Assembly: GCA_014872655.1 (NCBI GenBank)
Contig: WHHJ01000001.1
Span: forward strand, 16,002 to 80,001
DNA length: 64,000 bases
Direction of reading: 5' to 3'
DNA from: Clostridia bacterium
GTDB lineage: Bacteria; Bacillota; Clostridia; Oscillospirales; UBA644
Position 1 is the first letter of the stretch. Every line of letters starts with the position of its first letter. The translations under genes and the position numbers were made by a program. Shown piece by piece: positions 1-10,207 of this stretch. The notes below the pieces were generated by a model that searched no databases, was not told the DNA's origin, and saw only the letters and a program-made list of their open reading frames with translations.

Positions 1-684
1 CGAATGGGCGCCCGGTCTCGGATTGCACTGGTTGCGGATGACGGTTCTTTTACGGAAATGGCGTCTGATTTGGTCAGCGTGGATTTTTTGAATTTCCCCG
101 GATATGCCGAAAAATTGAATAAGGCCAAAGCCACGACCGGCGAAAAAGAAGCGGTGGTTTGTGGAACGGCTAAACTGGACGGCGTTGAGTGCGCAATTTT
201 TGCGATGGATTCCCGATATATTATGGCCAGTATGGGTTCTGTGGTCGGCGAGAAAATTACGCGGACGTTTGAATATGCGACGGAACATCGGCTCCCGGTT
301 ATCGGATTTACGGCGTCGGGCGGTGCAAGAATGCAGGAGGGGATTATCTCTTTGATGCAGATGGCAAAAGTCAGCGCGGCGATTAAACGTCATTCGAATC
401 AGGGCGGTTTATATATCACAGTTTTAACAGATCCTACAACCGGCGGTGTAACGGCTTCTTTTGCGATGCAGGGTGATATTATTCTGGCCGAGCCGAACGC
501 GCTGATCGGATTTGCCGGCAGACGTGTGGTAGAGCAGACAACAAAATCCAAATTGCCGGATAATTTTCAGACAGCCGAGTTTTTGCTGGAACATGGTTTT
601 ATTGATAATATTATTCCTCGGAAAGAATTGCGCGGCGTTTTAGCAACTTTGTTAAAACAGCATGTCGGAGGTGAACGGATATGA
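1..684 (+). CDS. accD: acetyl-CoA carboxylase carboxyltransferase beta subunit (5' end cut by window edge)
   Basis: Open frame from base 1. Carboxyltransferase-beta signatures SMGSVVGEK and [12 protein letters not shown]. The stop overlaps the next start (ATGA), as expected for an accD-accA pair. Confidence 0.9.
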   Translation, partial: RMGARSRIALVADDGSFTEMASDLVSVDFLNFPGYAEKLNKAKATTGEKEAVVCGTAKLDGVECAIFAMDSRYIMASMGSVVGEKITRTFEYATEHRLPVIGFTASGGARMQEGIISLMQMAKVSAAIKRHSNQGGLYITVLTDPTTGGVTASFAMQGDIILAEPNALIGFAGRRVVEQTTKSKLPDNFQTAEFLLEHGFIDNIIPRKELRGVLATLLKQHVGGERI

Positions 685-1490
685 CCCCATATGATAGACT
701 AAAAGCGGCACGTCAGAGCGGTCGGCCTACCGGGCAGGACTATGTGGAAAAACTCTTTACCGACCGATTGGATCTGCACGGAGACAGACGGTTTGCTGAT
801 GATGCGGCGATCGTTGCGGGAATCGGTTATTTGGGAACATTGCCGGTCACATATATTGCCATAGAAAAGGGCCATACGCTGGAAAGCCGGGTTCGGACCA
901 ATTTTGGCTGTCCCAAACCGGAGGGGTATCGCAAAGCATTAAGACTGATGAAACAGGCTGAAAAATTTCATCGTCCGGTCGTTTGTATCGTGGATACCTT
1001 AGGTGCCTTTTGCGGTGCGGACGGGGAGGAACGTGGTCAGGGCGAAGCGATTGCGGAGAACATTTTGGAGATGACCGGGTTACGAGTCCCTGTTATTACG
1101 ATTGTGATTGGCGAAGGCGGGTCCGGAGGGGCCCTTGCCTTGGCGGCGGCAGATCGTGTTTACATGCTGGAAAATGCAGTGTATTCTGTCATTTCTCCGG
1201 AAGGCTGTGCCAGCATTTTGTGGAAAGACGCAGGGCGTGTGCAGGATGCGGCGGAGAGTTTGCATATTACGGCTCAGGATATGCAGTTATTTGGTGTGGC
1301 AGAAACGGTGATCCGGGAGGATTTTGACCGTTTTGATGAGATGTGTGAGGGCATGAAAAGCCTGTTGCTGAAAGATTTTCGTACATTGCGCGCTTATTCG
1401 GAGACCGAATTGGTGCATGCACGGTATGAGCGTTTTAGAAAATTCGGAATATATGAGGAGCATGGTCAGGTGAATGGAACCGTTATATAA
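681..1490 (+). CDS. accA: acetyl-CoA carboxylase carboxyltransferase alpha subunit
   Basis: 269 aa with [21 protein letters not shown] and the [11 protein letters not shown] oxyanion motif typical of AccA. Translationally coupled to accD. Confidence 0.9.
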   Translation: MTPYDRLKAARQSGRPTGQDYVEKLFTDRLDLHGDRRFADDAAIVAGIGYLGTLPVTYIAIEKGHTLESRVRTNFGCPKPEGYRKALRLMKQAEKFHRPVVCIVDTLGAFCGADGEERGQGEAIAENILEMTGLRVPVITIVIGEGGSGGALALAAADRVYMLENAVYSVISPEGCASILWKDAGRVQDAAESLHITAQDMQLFGVAETVIREDFDRFDEMCEGMKSLLLKDFRTLRAYSETELVHARYERFRKFGIYEEHGQVNGTVI

Positions 1491-3123
1491 TAAATTTTGT
1501 AATATGGAAAAGGACGAACAGGGGAATGTACGGGATTTTTCGCTGAAGTTTCCTGACTCGTTTAATTTTGCATATGATGTGGTAGACCAAATCGCCAAAG
1601 AAGAACCTAACAAAATCGCTCTGGTATGGTGTGATCCTACAGGCAGAGAGGAAACGTTTACGTTTGGTCAGTTGTCTTCTCTTTCCGGCAAAGCTGCCGC
1701 TTTTTTGCAGGCTCACGGTGTGCGCAAAGGCGATAAAGTGATGTTGATTTTAAAACGTCATTTTGAATATTGGTATACGTTGCTTGCGTTGCATAAATTG
1801 GGGGCCGTGGCTATTCCGTCGACGCACATGCTTCGACAGAAAGATATTGTATATCGTGTGCAGAATGCACAGATCAGTGCGGTTGTTTGTGCGGAAGATG
1901 AGTCGATTTTATCCGCCGTCGAGGCGGCTCGGCAAGAATGTGACGAATTACAGCATTTGTTTGTGGTTCGCACGCAGCGTGAGGGATTTTTACGCTTGGA
2001 CACCGGGCTTGAAGAATGCGAAGAATTGCCGCAGCGTGTTCAGACGATGTATACGGATCCGTTTTTGATGTATTTTACTTCAGGAACGACGGATTATCCC
2101 AAAGCTGTTATTCATGATTATACGTACCCTCTGGCACATATTCCCACCGCCAAACTTTGGCAGGCCTGTGAGGACGGAGGACTGCATTTAACCGTTTCCG
2201 ATACCGGGTGGGGAAAAGCTTCCTGGGGAAAAATTTACGGTCAGTGGCTGTGCGGCTGCGCCGTTATGGTTTATGATTATGAGCATTTTAATGCTTCGGA
2301 GCTGCTTGCCGTGATTCGGAAGTATGGGGTTACGACTTTCTGTGCCCCGCCGACGGTTTACCGGTTTATGGTGAAAAATGGGTTTACCAAAGAAGATTTT
2401 GCATCCGTCAAACACGTAACAACCGCAGGGGAAGCATTAAACCCGGATATTATCCGCAAGTTTGAACAGATTACCGGATTGTTGATCCATGAAGGATACG
2501 GCCAAACCGAAACCACGCTGCTTCTGGCAAACTTAGCGGGCGTGCCGGTACGGATCGGTGCGATCGGAAAGCCGAGCCCGCAGTATGATATTCGTCTGGT
2601 CGATGAAGACGGACATGAAGTGGGAACGGATTGCGACGGCGAGATTGTGATTGTTCCCAAACCCAATCAACACGGCATTTGCAGCGGGTATCTGAATGCA
2701 GAGCAAAATGCGCTGCGTGCCTGGAAAAATGGTGTGTTCCATACGGGAGATGTCGGCCGGCGAGATGCGGACGGCTATTTCTGGTATATCGGACGTAAAG
2801 ACGATATTATCAAATCCAGCGGATATCGGATCGGTCCGTTTGAGATTGAGGACGTGTTGATAGCGCATGATGCTGTTCTCGAATGCGCTGTGACCGGTGT
2901 TCCGGATGAGGAGCGCGGTTGCGTGGTAAAGGCGACGATTGTGCTTCGGACCGGATATACGCCCAGTGAAGCGTTGAAAAAGGAATTGCAGAATTTTGTG
3001 AAAGAAAAGACCGCGCCGTATAAATATCCGCGCGTGGTGGAGTTTGTGGACGAATTACCGAAGACGATCAGCGGAAAAATTCGCCGCGCACAGATTCGGA
3101 AGGAATCGGCTGAAAATAAATAA
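1474..3123 (+). CDS. AMP-forming acyl-CoA synthetase (medium-chain/ACSM-like ANL family)
   Basis: ANL motifs YFTSGTTDYPK (P-loop, with D where G is usual), GYGQTE, FHTGD, GRKDDIIKSSGYRIGPFEIE and PKTISGKIRR. An alternative start at 1504 is possible. Confidence 0.85.
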   Translation: MEPLYNKFCNMEKDEQGNVRDFSLKFPDSFNFAYDVVDQIAKEEPNKIALVWCDPTGREETFTFGQLSSLSGKAAAFLQAHGVRKGDKVMLILKRHFEYWYTLLALHKLGAVAIPSTHMLRQKDIVYRVQNAQISAVVCAEDESILSAVEAARQECDELQHLFVVRTQREGFLRLDTGLEECEELPQRVQTMYTDPFLMYFTSGTTDYPKAVIHDYTYPLAHIPTAKLWQACEDGGLHLTVSDTGWGKASWGKIYGQWLCGCAVMVYDYEHFNASELLAVIRKYGVTTFCAPPTVYRFMVKNGFTKEDFASVKHVTTAGEALNPDIIRKFEQITGLLIHEGYGQTETTLLLANLAGVPVRIGAIGKPSPQYDIRLVDEDGHEVGTDCDGEIVIVPKPNQHGICSGYLNAEQNALRAWKNGVFHTGDVGRRDADGYFWYIGRKDDIIKSSGYRIGPFEIEDVLIAHDAVLECAVTGVPDEERGCVVKATIVLRTGYTPSEALKKELQNFVKEKTAPYKYPRVVEFVDELPKTISGKIRRAQIRKESAENK

Positions 3124-3156
3124 AAAGATCACGGTATAGACAGTGATGATTGTAAA

Positions 3157-3191
3157 AGCAGACGGGAATGAAATTTCCGTCTGCTTTTTGT
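3157..3191 (+). terminator. rho-independent terminator after the acyl-CoA synthetase gene
   Basis: 12 bp stem AGCAGACGGGAA / TTCCCGTCTGCT followed by TTTTT. Confidence 0.85.
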
Positions 3192-3372
3192 TGGATATGC
3201 TTTAGAATGGAAAGCCGGGGTTCAAGAATTGTTTGCTTGATCCGATGGATTTTAAATAAATATTTTATGGCGTTTTATGATCTTAACGGAGATGGATTGA
3301 TTTTGCATCGAGGCTTTGTCTTTGACTGTATGATGGTATTGAAGACAAAGAGGTCGCGGGACTTTATGATGT

Positions 3373-3402
3373 ACAACGGCGCAGCAATCGCTGCGCCGTT
3401 GT
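3373..3402. terminator. GC-rich perfect hairpin downstream of hydA (probable terminator, poor U-tract on the minus strand)
   Basis: 13 bp perfect stem ACAACGGCGCAGC / GCTGCGCCGTTGT with a 4 nt loop. It lies 30 nt past the hydA stop. Confidence 0.55.
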
Positions 3403-3432
3403 GTTGAATTTATGTTTTTATATTGCTGTGGG

Positions 3433-5169
3433 TTAAAATTTATTTCGCTTGACGTAAGTGGTATGCAGAATTTTATGAGCGCGTGGTTTGCCCGGAGCGT
3501 CAAAAAATTCGTCGTACAGCATTTTGATAACGGGACTTTCGTGCGATTTGCGGATCGGCATTTTTTTGTCATAGTCGTACAGTGCTTTGGCGCGCAGGGT
3601 TTTGATGTCAACGTAGTTGCGCACACTGTCGCTTTGACACGGCTGTCCGCCACCGTTAATACATCCGCCGGGGCAGGACATGATTTCAATAAAGTGATAT
3701 TGCTTTTCTCCGCTTTTTACGGATTCCAAAACTTTGCGTGCATTCGCAAGGCCGGAAGCCACCGCTACATTGATTTTCATGCCGGCTACAGTATATGTAG
3801 CCTCTTTTACGCCATCTGTACCGCGGACTTCTTTGAAATCTGTTTTCTCAAAATCACCGTCTAACAGATGCCCAGCTGTTCGCAGAGCCGCTTCCATTAC
3901 GCCCCCTGTGGCGCCAAAAATCGCACCGGCTCCGCTGGCGGTTTCAAACGGATTGTCAAAAGCTTCGTCCGGCAAATCTACAAATTTGATTCCCGCACCT
4001 TTAATCATTTTTCCCAGTTCTCGCGTGGTTAATGCCGCATCAACGTCCTGAAGTCCAAATAATTTTTGTTCTTCCCGTTGCGCTTCAAACTTTTTGGCCG
4101 TGCAGGGAATGACGCTGACGACAAACAAGTCTTCCGGGTTTAAATTGTATTTTTGGCAATAGTAGGTTTTTAATACCGCGCCAAACATTTGTTGCGGAGA
4201 TCTGCAGGTAGACAAATTGGGAATAAATTCCGGATAATAATGCTCGCAGAACTTTACCCAGCCAGGACTGCAAGAAGTAATAAGCGGCAGAACGCCTTTA
4301 TTTTTGACGCGCTGGATAAATTCCGTTGCCTCTTCCATAATGGTCAGATCTGCGGCAATGTCCATGTTAAAGACTTTGTCGGCTCCCAGTCTGCGGATCG
4401 CATTGACCATTTTACCTTCTACGTTGGTTCCGATAGGCAGATTAAAGCATTCGCCCAGTGTGGCTTTAATAGACGGGGCTGTGAAAAAGATGACTTGTTT
4501 GGATGGGTCTGCAATCGCGTCCCATACCTCGTCGATATTACTTTTTTCATTTAAGGCACCGACCGGGCAGGCTACGACGCATTGTCCGCAGCCGACACAC
4601 GGCGCATCGTTGAGACTGCGCTCAAAGGCCGGACTGACGTGGCTTTTATAACCGCGTTGTACGATACCGATGACTGAGATGGCCTGAACGTTTTGACAGG
4701 CTGCCGTACATCTGCGGCAAAGAATACATTTATTGTTGTCGCGAACAATGTACGGGGATTGATCATCGATTTCATATTCGATTTCTTCTTCCGCAAAGCG
4801 GTCCTCGTCTACGCCGTAGTCGAAGGCCAGTTTTTGCAGTTCGCAGTTGTTTCCGCGCACGCAGGAAAGACACTTTTTCTGGTGACTGGACAAAATCAGT
4901 TCAATGGTTGTTTTTCTGGATGTACGGATTGCCGGGGTATTCGTAAAAACTTCCATTCCTTCTGCTACGGGGTAAACGCATGAAGCGACCAGTCCCGGTT
5001 TTCCTTTTACTTCAACAACGCATACCCGGCAGGCGCCGATGACGTTGATATCTTTTAAATAACAGAGTGACGGAATTTCGATATTGACCTGTTTGGCGGC
5101 CTGTAATATCGTATAATCATCCGGCACGGTGACGGGAATCCCGTCAATTTTTAGATTTACCATTCCCAT
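3433..5169 (-). CDS. hydA: [FeFe]-hydrogenase catalytic subunit, HydA/HndD type, with an atypical L1 motif
   Basis: 578 aa. N-terminal plant-type 2Fe-2S domain, His-ligated cluster HQKKCLSCVRGNNC, and two ferredoxin CxxCxxCxxxC motifs. H-domain motifs are TSCSPGW (canonical TSCCPxW), IPCTAKKFE (canonical MPCxxKxxE) and EIMSCPGGCINGGGQP. Confidence 0.9.
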   Translation of the reverse strand: MGMVNLKIDGIPVTVPDDYTILQAAKQVNIEIPSLCYLKDINVIGACRVCVVEVKGKPGLVASCVYPVAEGMEVFTNTPAIRTSRKTTIELILSSHQKKCLSCVRGNNCELQKLAFDYGVDEDRFAEEEIEYEIDDQSPYIVRDNNKCILCRRCTAACQNVQAISVIGIVQRGYKSHVSPAFERSLNDAPCVGCGQCVVACPVGALNEKSNIDEVWDAIADPSKQVIFFTAPSIKATLGECFNLPIGTNVEGKMVNAIRRLGADKVFNMDIAADLTIMEEATEFIQRVKNKGVLPLITSCSPGWVKFCEHYYPEFIPNLSTCRSPQQMFGAVLKTYYCQKYNLNPEDLFVVSVIPCTAKKFEAQREEQKLFGLQDVDAALTTRELGKMIKGAGIKFVDLPDEAFDNPFETASGAGAIFGATGGVMEAALRTAGHLLDGDFEKTDFKEVRGTDGVKEATYTVAGMKINVAVASGLANARKVLESVKSGEKQYHFIEIMSCPGGCINGGGQPCQSDSVRNYVDIKTLRAKALYDYDKKMPIRKSHESPVIKMLYDEFFDAPGKPRAHKILHTTYVKRNKF

Positions 5170-5248
5170 GATATCACTATAGATCCTTTCTGTTTCGGAT
5201 TTGCAGAAATTCGGAATTGCAATCGGCAGAAATTGCCGCTTTGCTGAG

Positions 5249-7144
5249 TTACTTTTTCACTATCGCGCCGAATTTACAGTTTTTCATACACAGTCCGCAT
5301 TTAATACATTTGGTCGTGTCGATCTTGTGCGGCTGCTTGACGGTTCCGGAGATTGCATCTGTCGGACAGTTCTTGGCACAGAGTGTACAGCCCTTACACT
5401 TATCCGGCAAAATTTCATAATGTAATAAATTCTTACATACGCCTGCCGGACATCTCTTATCCACAACGTGTGCGATATATTCATCGCGGAAGTATTTGAG
5501 CGTGGATAACACCGGGTTCGGTGCGGACTGCCCCAGCGCGCACAAAGAGGTGGTTTTCATATGATGGCACAATTCTTCAATTTTATTGAGGTCTTCATAT
5601 TCGCCGTTACCGGAAGTGATCTTTTCTAACAACTGGTACAGGCGTCGGGTTCCGATACGGCAAGGGGTACATTTCCCGCAGGATTCTTCGACTGTAAACT
5701 CTAAAAAGAATTTGGCAATGTCGACCATACACGTGTCCTCATCCATAATGATTAATCCGCCGCTGCCCATCATACTGCCGCATTGAATGAGATTTTCATA
5801 GTCGATCGGAATGTCAAAATGACAAGGTGGAATACATCCCCCGGAGGGGCCTCCGGTTTGTGCCGCTTTAAATTTTTTGCCGTTGGGAATGCCTCCGCCG
5901 ATTTCTTCTACAATTTCACGCAGCGTGGTCCCCATCGGAATTTCAACCAATCCGACGTTGGTGATTTTTCCGCCCAGGGCAAAGACTTTGGTTCCCTTCG
6001 ATTTTTCTGTGCCCATACTGGCAAACCATTCCGGCCCGTTCAGAATAATTTGAGCGACGTTTGCATACGTTTCGACATTGTTTAAAATCGTCGGCTTGCC
6101 GAACAATCCTTTGACGGCCGGGAACGGCGGACGGGGCCGCGGTTCGCCGCGATGACCTTCGATCGAGGTGATCAGTGCGGTTTCTTCGCCGCATACAAAG
6201 GCGCCGGCGCCTAATCGGATTTCAATATCAAAAGAAAAATCGGTTTCGAAAATATTTTTGCCTAACAGGCCGTATTTTCTTGCCTGATCAATTGCTATCT
6301 GAAGCCGATGTACGGCTACGGGGTATTCGGCTCTGACGTAAATATATCCTTGGTTTGCTCCAATGGTAAATCCGGCAATCGCCATCGCCTCGATGACGCT
6401 GTGCGGGTCGCCTTCCAAAACGCTTCGGTCCATGAAGGCACCCGGATCGCCTTCGTCGGCGTTACAGCAAACATATTTTTGTTCGTTAACCGATTTCTTG
6501 GCAAATTCCCATTTGGTCCCGGTCGGGAATCCGCCGCCGCCTCTGCCGCGAAGTCCGGATTTTTTGATGATGTCAATGACATCATCCGCCGTCATCGAAG
6601 TTAGGACCTTAGCCAGGGCTTCATAGCCGCCGGTGGCAATGTATTCCTCAATGTTTTCGGGGTCAATGACTCCGCAGTTACGTAACGCAACCCGGTGTTG
6701 TTTGCGATAAAAGTTTGTTTCGTTCAGCGACTTGACGGTACCGTCTGGTAGAACCGTTTCTTTATACAGCAGGGAAGTGACGACTTTCCCTCCAATAATA
6801 TGTTCGGTAACAATTTGCTCCACGTTTTCGGGTTTGACAGCGCTGTAAAAACTGCCCTCCGGATATACAATCATAATCGGTCCCAAAGAGCACAGTCCAA
6901 AACAACCGGTTGTTACCACCAGTGCGTCTTTTTCAGCATTATGTTTTTTGAGGCTGCTGCGCAGCTGTGCAACCACTTTTTTACAGCCCGAAGAGGTACA
7001 CCCGGTTCCTCCGCAGACTAAAATCTGCTTTTTATAGCCGGAAGCGGCCAATAACTGCTGATCGGTAGGATCTGCCCGTCCGCGCATTTGTACAATTTTA
7101 TTTTGTTGTTCTTTGATTTGGTTCAATTGTTTGACGGTAATCAT
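5249..7144 (-). CDS. hydB: NuoF-like NAD(P)H-binding flavoprotein subunit of a bifurcating-type hydrogenase (HydB/HndC)
   Basis: 631 aa. N-terminal thioredoxin-like 2Fe-2S domain (VCGGTGCTSSG), FMN/NADH site GRGGGGFPTGTKW, ESCGKCTPCR, and C-terminal 2x[4Fe-4S] (CKGCTLCAKNCP, CIKCGLCMKNC). Confidence 0.9.
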   Translation of the reverse strand: MITVKQLNQIKEQQNKIVQMRGRADPTDQQLLAASGYKKQILVCGGTGCTSSGCKKVVAQLRSSLKKHNAEKDALVVTTGCFGLCSLGPIMIVYPEGSFYSAVKPENVEQIVTEHIIGGKVVTSLLYKETVLPDGTVKSLNETNFYRKQHRVALRNCGVIDPENIEEYIATGGYEALAKVLTSMTADDVIDIIKKSGLRGRGGGGFPTGTKWEFAKKSVNEQKYVCCNADEGDPGAFMDRSVLEGDPHSVIEAMAIAGFTIGANQGYIYVRAEYPVAVHRLQIAIDQARKYGLLGKNIFETDFSFDIEIRLGAGAFVCGEETALITSIEGHRGEPRPRPPFPAVKGLFGKPTILNNVETYANVAQIILNGPEWFASMGTEKSKGTKVFALGGKITNVGLVEIPMGTTLREIVEEIGGGIPNGKKFKAAQTGGPSGGCIPPCHFDIPIDYENLIQCGSMMGSGGLIIMDEDTCMVDIAKFFLEFTVEESCGKCTPCRIGTRRLYQLLEKITSGNGEYEDLNKIEELCHHMKTTSLCALGQSAPNPVLSTLKYFRDEYIAHVVDKRCPAGVCKNLLHYEILPDKCKGCTLCAKNCPTDAISGTVKQPHKIDTTKCIKCGLCMKNCKFGAIVKK

Positions 7145-7674
7145 TCTGCCGCATCCTCCCCGGTTTTATTCGGCCCTTTTTTGATTTCATATTTGTCGAT
7201 GATCGCGTCGACTTCTTCCGGTTTGACTTTGCCGTAGACATCGTCGTTGATCATAATGACGGGGGCCAGACCGCATGCACCGATACAGCGGGTACTGTCT
7301 AAAGAAAATAATCCGTCTTGCGTACATTCTCCGGATTTGATCCCCAGCCGTTTTTCAATGGCTGCCAGAATTTTGTCGGCACCCTTGACGTAACAAGCTG
7401 TTCCCAGACAAACGCTGATTCGATTTTCTCCCTTAGGCGTGATGGAAAATTGCGAATAAAAAGTGACAACGCCGTATACTTCGGATAAGGAAATGTTTAA
7501 ACCGTCTGCAATCATGGTTTGAACTTCAATCGGCAGATATCCGTAAATATCCTGCGCACCTTGCAAAACGGGAATCAGTCCGCCTTGTACGGTTTGATAT
7601 TGGGCGATCAGTTCTTTGAGCTTTTTCTCTTGTTGTTTGGTGCCTTTGAAAGGCAAAACACAGGTGCTTTTCAT
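7141..7674 (-). CDS. hydC: NuoE-like [2Fe-2S] subunit of the hydrogenase (HydC/HndA)
   Basis: Motifs LIPVLQGAQDIYGYLP, CLGTACYVKG and CIGACGLAP. The start is taken at the ATG at 7674 (MKSTCV...) rather than the GTG at 7734, which has no SD. The stop overlaps the hydB start. Confidence 0.85.
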   Translation of the reverse strand: MKSTCVLPFKGTKQQEKKLKELIAQYQTVQGGLIPVLQGAQDIYGYLPIEVQTMIADGLNISLSEVYGVVTFYSQFSITPKGENRISVCLGTACYVKGADKILAAIEKRLGIKSGECTQDGLFSLDSTRCIGACGLAPVIMINDDVYGKVKPEEVDAIIDKYEIKKGPNKTGEDAAE

Positions 7675-7867
7675 AGGTTTGAGATCCTTTCGGAAAATTT
7701 TAAAAAGATATTGGCTTTTAATTTGTTTGAGCACTTTTGACCGTGTGATGCGGTGTTTTAAATCATTTTTTATCCCTGTGCCAGGGAATGTAATGTTTTG
7801 TAAAAAGTGTTTCGCATTTTAAAAATGAGAAAAGCCTTCTCTTCTTAATAATATATATATTAAAATC

Positions 7868-7896
7868 ATAATACGCTTTTTTACGAAAAAAGTCAA
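7868..7896 (-). promoter_or_regulatory. sigma-A-type promoter of the hydCBA operon
   Basis: On the minus strand: TTGACT, 17 nt, TATTAT, about 190 nt upstream of hydC. Confidence 0.5.
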
Positions 7897-7928
7897 TAAG
7901 TTTAACAGGTTTTCTTTGTGTTGAAAAT

Positions 7929-7967
7929 AAAAATTGTGCGCTTTACATAACCAAGCGCACAATTTTT
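7929..7967. terminator. bidirectional rho-independent terminator after the CapA-family gene
   Basis: Stem ATTGTGCGCT / AGCGCACAAT flanked by an A-run and a T-run. Confidence 0.8.
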
Positions 7968-7999
7968 AGAGTATATTACCAATGCTGTTTTATAAAATT

Positions 8000-9241
8000 T
8001 TATGAGGCAAGTTCGCTGTTTTCTATTTTTGCATAATCGCCCATAATGGTTTGAAAATGGTCTGCAATATAATCCAGTGACCATCCTTTTGCCTGCAACA
8101 TATGTTGTGAGGCGAGCGTTGAGGTGTAGTCCGAAAAACGGTATATACGAATGTTTTTAAATCCGCTTTCTACCTGTGTGATTAAGGGTTCTGCGCATAG
8201 GTTTTCCACTCGGATGGTTCCGTTTTCATCGCGGACGACATCAAAACTCAAACCGGCACCGATCAATCGCTTGCCGGAGTCCTGTGCGGAGATAAAATTA
8301 CCTAAAGAATAGGCAACGTAAACCGTTCTTCCTTCTGCGGAGGTAACGGTATCAATAGGCTGGATGACGTGCGGGTGATGACCAATGATTAAATCTGCTC
8401 CCCAGTCTGCCAGTTTTTGTGCGTAAGCGGTTTGGTCCTGATTGAAATTGTCGGCATATTCATTGCCCCAGTGAACCATGGCAATGACAAAGTCGGATTG
8501 CTCTTTGGCCTGTGTAATCTGTGCTTTTATGGATTGTTCATCTTCAATCAGGTTGACCAGCAGCTCGTCTGTTTTGGGGACGGGAATTCCGTTAGTGCCG
8601 TATGTAACGCCCACAAAGGCAAAATCCATACCGTTCCGGCTGACGGTTCGTACTTTACTGCGGTCTTCTTCGCCCAAAAAAGCACCTGAGGCGACCAGCG
8701 AAGAATTTTGAATATGTTGTAGAGAATTGATCAGACCGGCTTTCCCTTGGTCCAGCATGTGATTGGTTGCAACATTGGCCACATCAAACCCCAGATCAAT
8801 GATGGTTTGCAGCATTTCGATCGGGGTAGAAAAGGTCGGGTAATGCTCCGGAGGGGCATAATCGTTGATGACCGTCTCCTGGTTGATAATGGCAATATCC
8901 GCTGCTTGAATGGAATCTTTGACATATTGATAATTTTTCGTAAAGTCATAGGTTCCGTCTGAGGTTTGTGCCGGCGCAAAAATCGCCTTATGAATCAGAT
9001 TGTCTCCGACTGCATAAAAAGAGGTTCGAACCGCTTGTTGTGCAGGCTGTTCCTGAGTTTGCTGTGGTTGCTCAGGTGTTTGCGTTTGTTCTTGCTGCGT
9101 TTGGTCTTGCGGTTGTTCAGACGGGGGCGAGACAAACTTCATACTAATGCCGACCGTTAAAAACAGAACTAAAAGAACCGCGGTAATAAGATTAACGAGC
9201 CGGATTTGTTTTTTAGAGGGTTTTCTTTTTGGATGTTGCAT
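8000..9241 (-). CDS. CapA-family (PGA_cap metallophosphatase-like) membrane-anchored protein
   Basis: N-terminal TM helix, Q/P/E-rich linker, then CapA-like motifs (YAVGDNLIH, VATNHMLD, MVHWGNEY, IIGHHPHV). AGGAG SD upstream. Confidence 0.8.
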   Translation of the reverse strand: MQHPKRKPSKKQIRLVNLITAVLLVLFLTVGISMKFVSPPSEQPQDQTQQEQTQTPEQPQQTQEQPAQQAVRTSFYAVGDNLIHKAIFAPAQTSDGTYDFTKNYQYVKDSIQAADIAIINQETVINDYAPPEHYPTFSTPIEMLQTIIDLGFDVANVATNHMLDQGKAGLINSLQHIQNSSLVASGAFLGEEDRSKVRTVSRNGMDFAFVGVTYGTNGIPVPKTDELLVNLIEDEQSIKAQITQAKEQSDFVIAMVHWGNEYADNFNQDQTAYAQKLADWGADLIIGHHPHVIQPIDTVTSAEGRTVYVAYSLGNFISAQDSGKRLIGAGLSFDVVRDENGTIRVENLCAEPLITQVESGFKNIRIYRFSDYTSTLASQHMLQAKGWSLDYIADHFQTIMGDYAKIENSELAS

Positions 9242-9260
9242 GAGATACTCCTTTTTCTTT

Positions 9261-10088
9261 TCAATCTATTGTGGATGAAGTTAAATGAGTGATTAAAAAG
9301 GAAGACATTTGATGCATTAAATCTTGAGTTTTGGGCCGGATCGGCTGTCCGTCGCGGCTGTGAAAAATGTGTCCGCCGTGTTCTACTTCAAGATATTGAG
9401 CAAAAAATCCTTCTTTTTGCGCTTGCACATACAGTTGCCGGGACTGCTCGGTGGGGACGCATTCATCTAACTGCCCGTGTACGATCATTAACGCCGGTTT
9501 TTGCGGTGCTGCGTGCAGCAGGCAAATAGGATTATAGTTTGGGCTGTCCGGAGATTCTCCGATAAGATCCCGAATGTATCCTTGTGTTTCTTGAGGCATG
9601 TCCGATTGCGGAAAGCGCGGATCATTGCCTTTTAGATATGTAGGACCGCACATGTCCAATATGGCTTTGATGGGGGATGGCGTTCTATTTGGATCTTGAT
9701 ATAAGGCACACATCAGTGCCATGTAGCCGCCGGCAGAAATACCCCAGACTGCTTTTCTTTGAGAATCAATCTCCGGAATGCTGCGGTCTATAAATTGAAG
9801 CGCATCCAGCGTGTCCTCAACGCTTTGCGGAAATCCTCCACCGTTTTTGTGAACCAGGCGGTACTCAACGGATGCCACAATAATACCTTGTTCGATCAGC
9901 GCGTCGATAATGAGCGGAAAGCCCCAGACGTCTTTGCGGGCGCCGATAAACCAACCTCCTCCGTGGATGAAGACGGCGCATGGGCAAGGTTTACTGATTT
10001 GTTTGGGAAAGATCAGATCCAAATGCAAATCAGTCCCGTTTATGGTTTTGTATACGATATTTTCTTTTTTTGGATAAAGATCGGTCAT
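9261..10088 (-). CDS. alpha/beta-hydrolase fold esterase/lipase (Aes-like)
   Basis: HGGGW oxyanion motif, GISAGG nucleophile elbow, C-terminal HG..D/H. AGGAGG SD upstream. Confidence 0.8.
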   Translation of the reverse strand: MTDLYPKKENIVYKTINGTDLHLDLIFPKQISKPCPCAVFIHGGGWFIGARKDVWGFPLIIDALIEQGIIVASVEYRLVHKNGGGFPQSVEDTLDALQFIDRSIPEIDSQRKAVWGISAGGYMALMCALYQDPNRTPSPIKAILDMCGPTYLKGNDPRFPQSDMPQETQGYIRDLIGESPDSPNYNPICLLHAAPQKPALMIVHGQLDECVPTEQSRQLYVQAQKEGFFAQYLEVEHGGHIFHSRDGQPIRPKTQDLMHQMSSFLITHLTSSTID

Positions 10089-10207
10089 CTTTTCCTCCTA
10101 TTTTATCGATCGTATTTTTCATACGGATTTCTTGGCACAATTATAATACAAAACAACAAAAAAAGCAAGCATACTTGTTTTTTTTCTGCATATATTTTGA
10201 TACGGCG

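Noticed and set aside
3168-3407. 79 aa ORF containing a DLNGDGLI EF-hand/dockerin-like loop
   Set aside because: It starts inside the upstream terminator hairpin, and no SD precedes any internal Met. A single 8-residue pattern is likely chance.
9040-9125. Repetitive CAA/CAG/ACG-type DNA that looked like a tandem repeat
   Set aside because: It encodes the Q/P/E/T-rich linker of the CapA-family protein (PEQPQQTQEQ...). It is a low-complexity coding region, not an independent repeat element.
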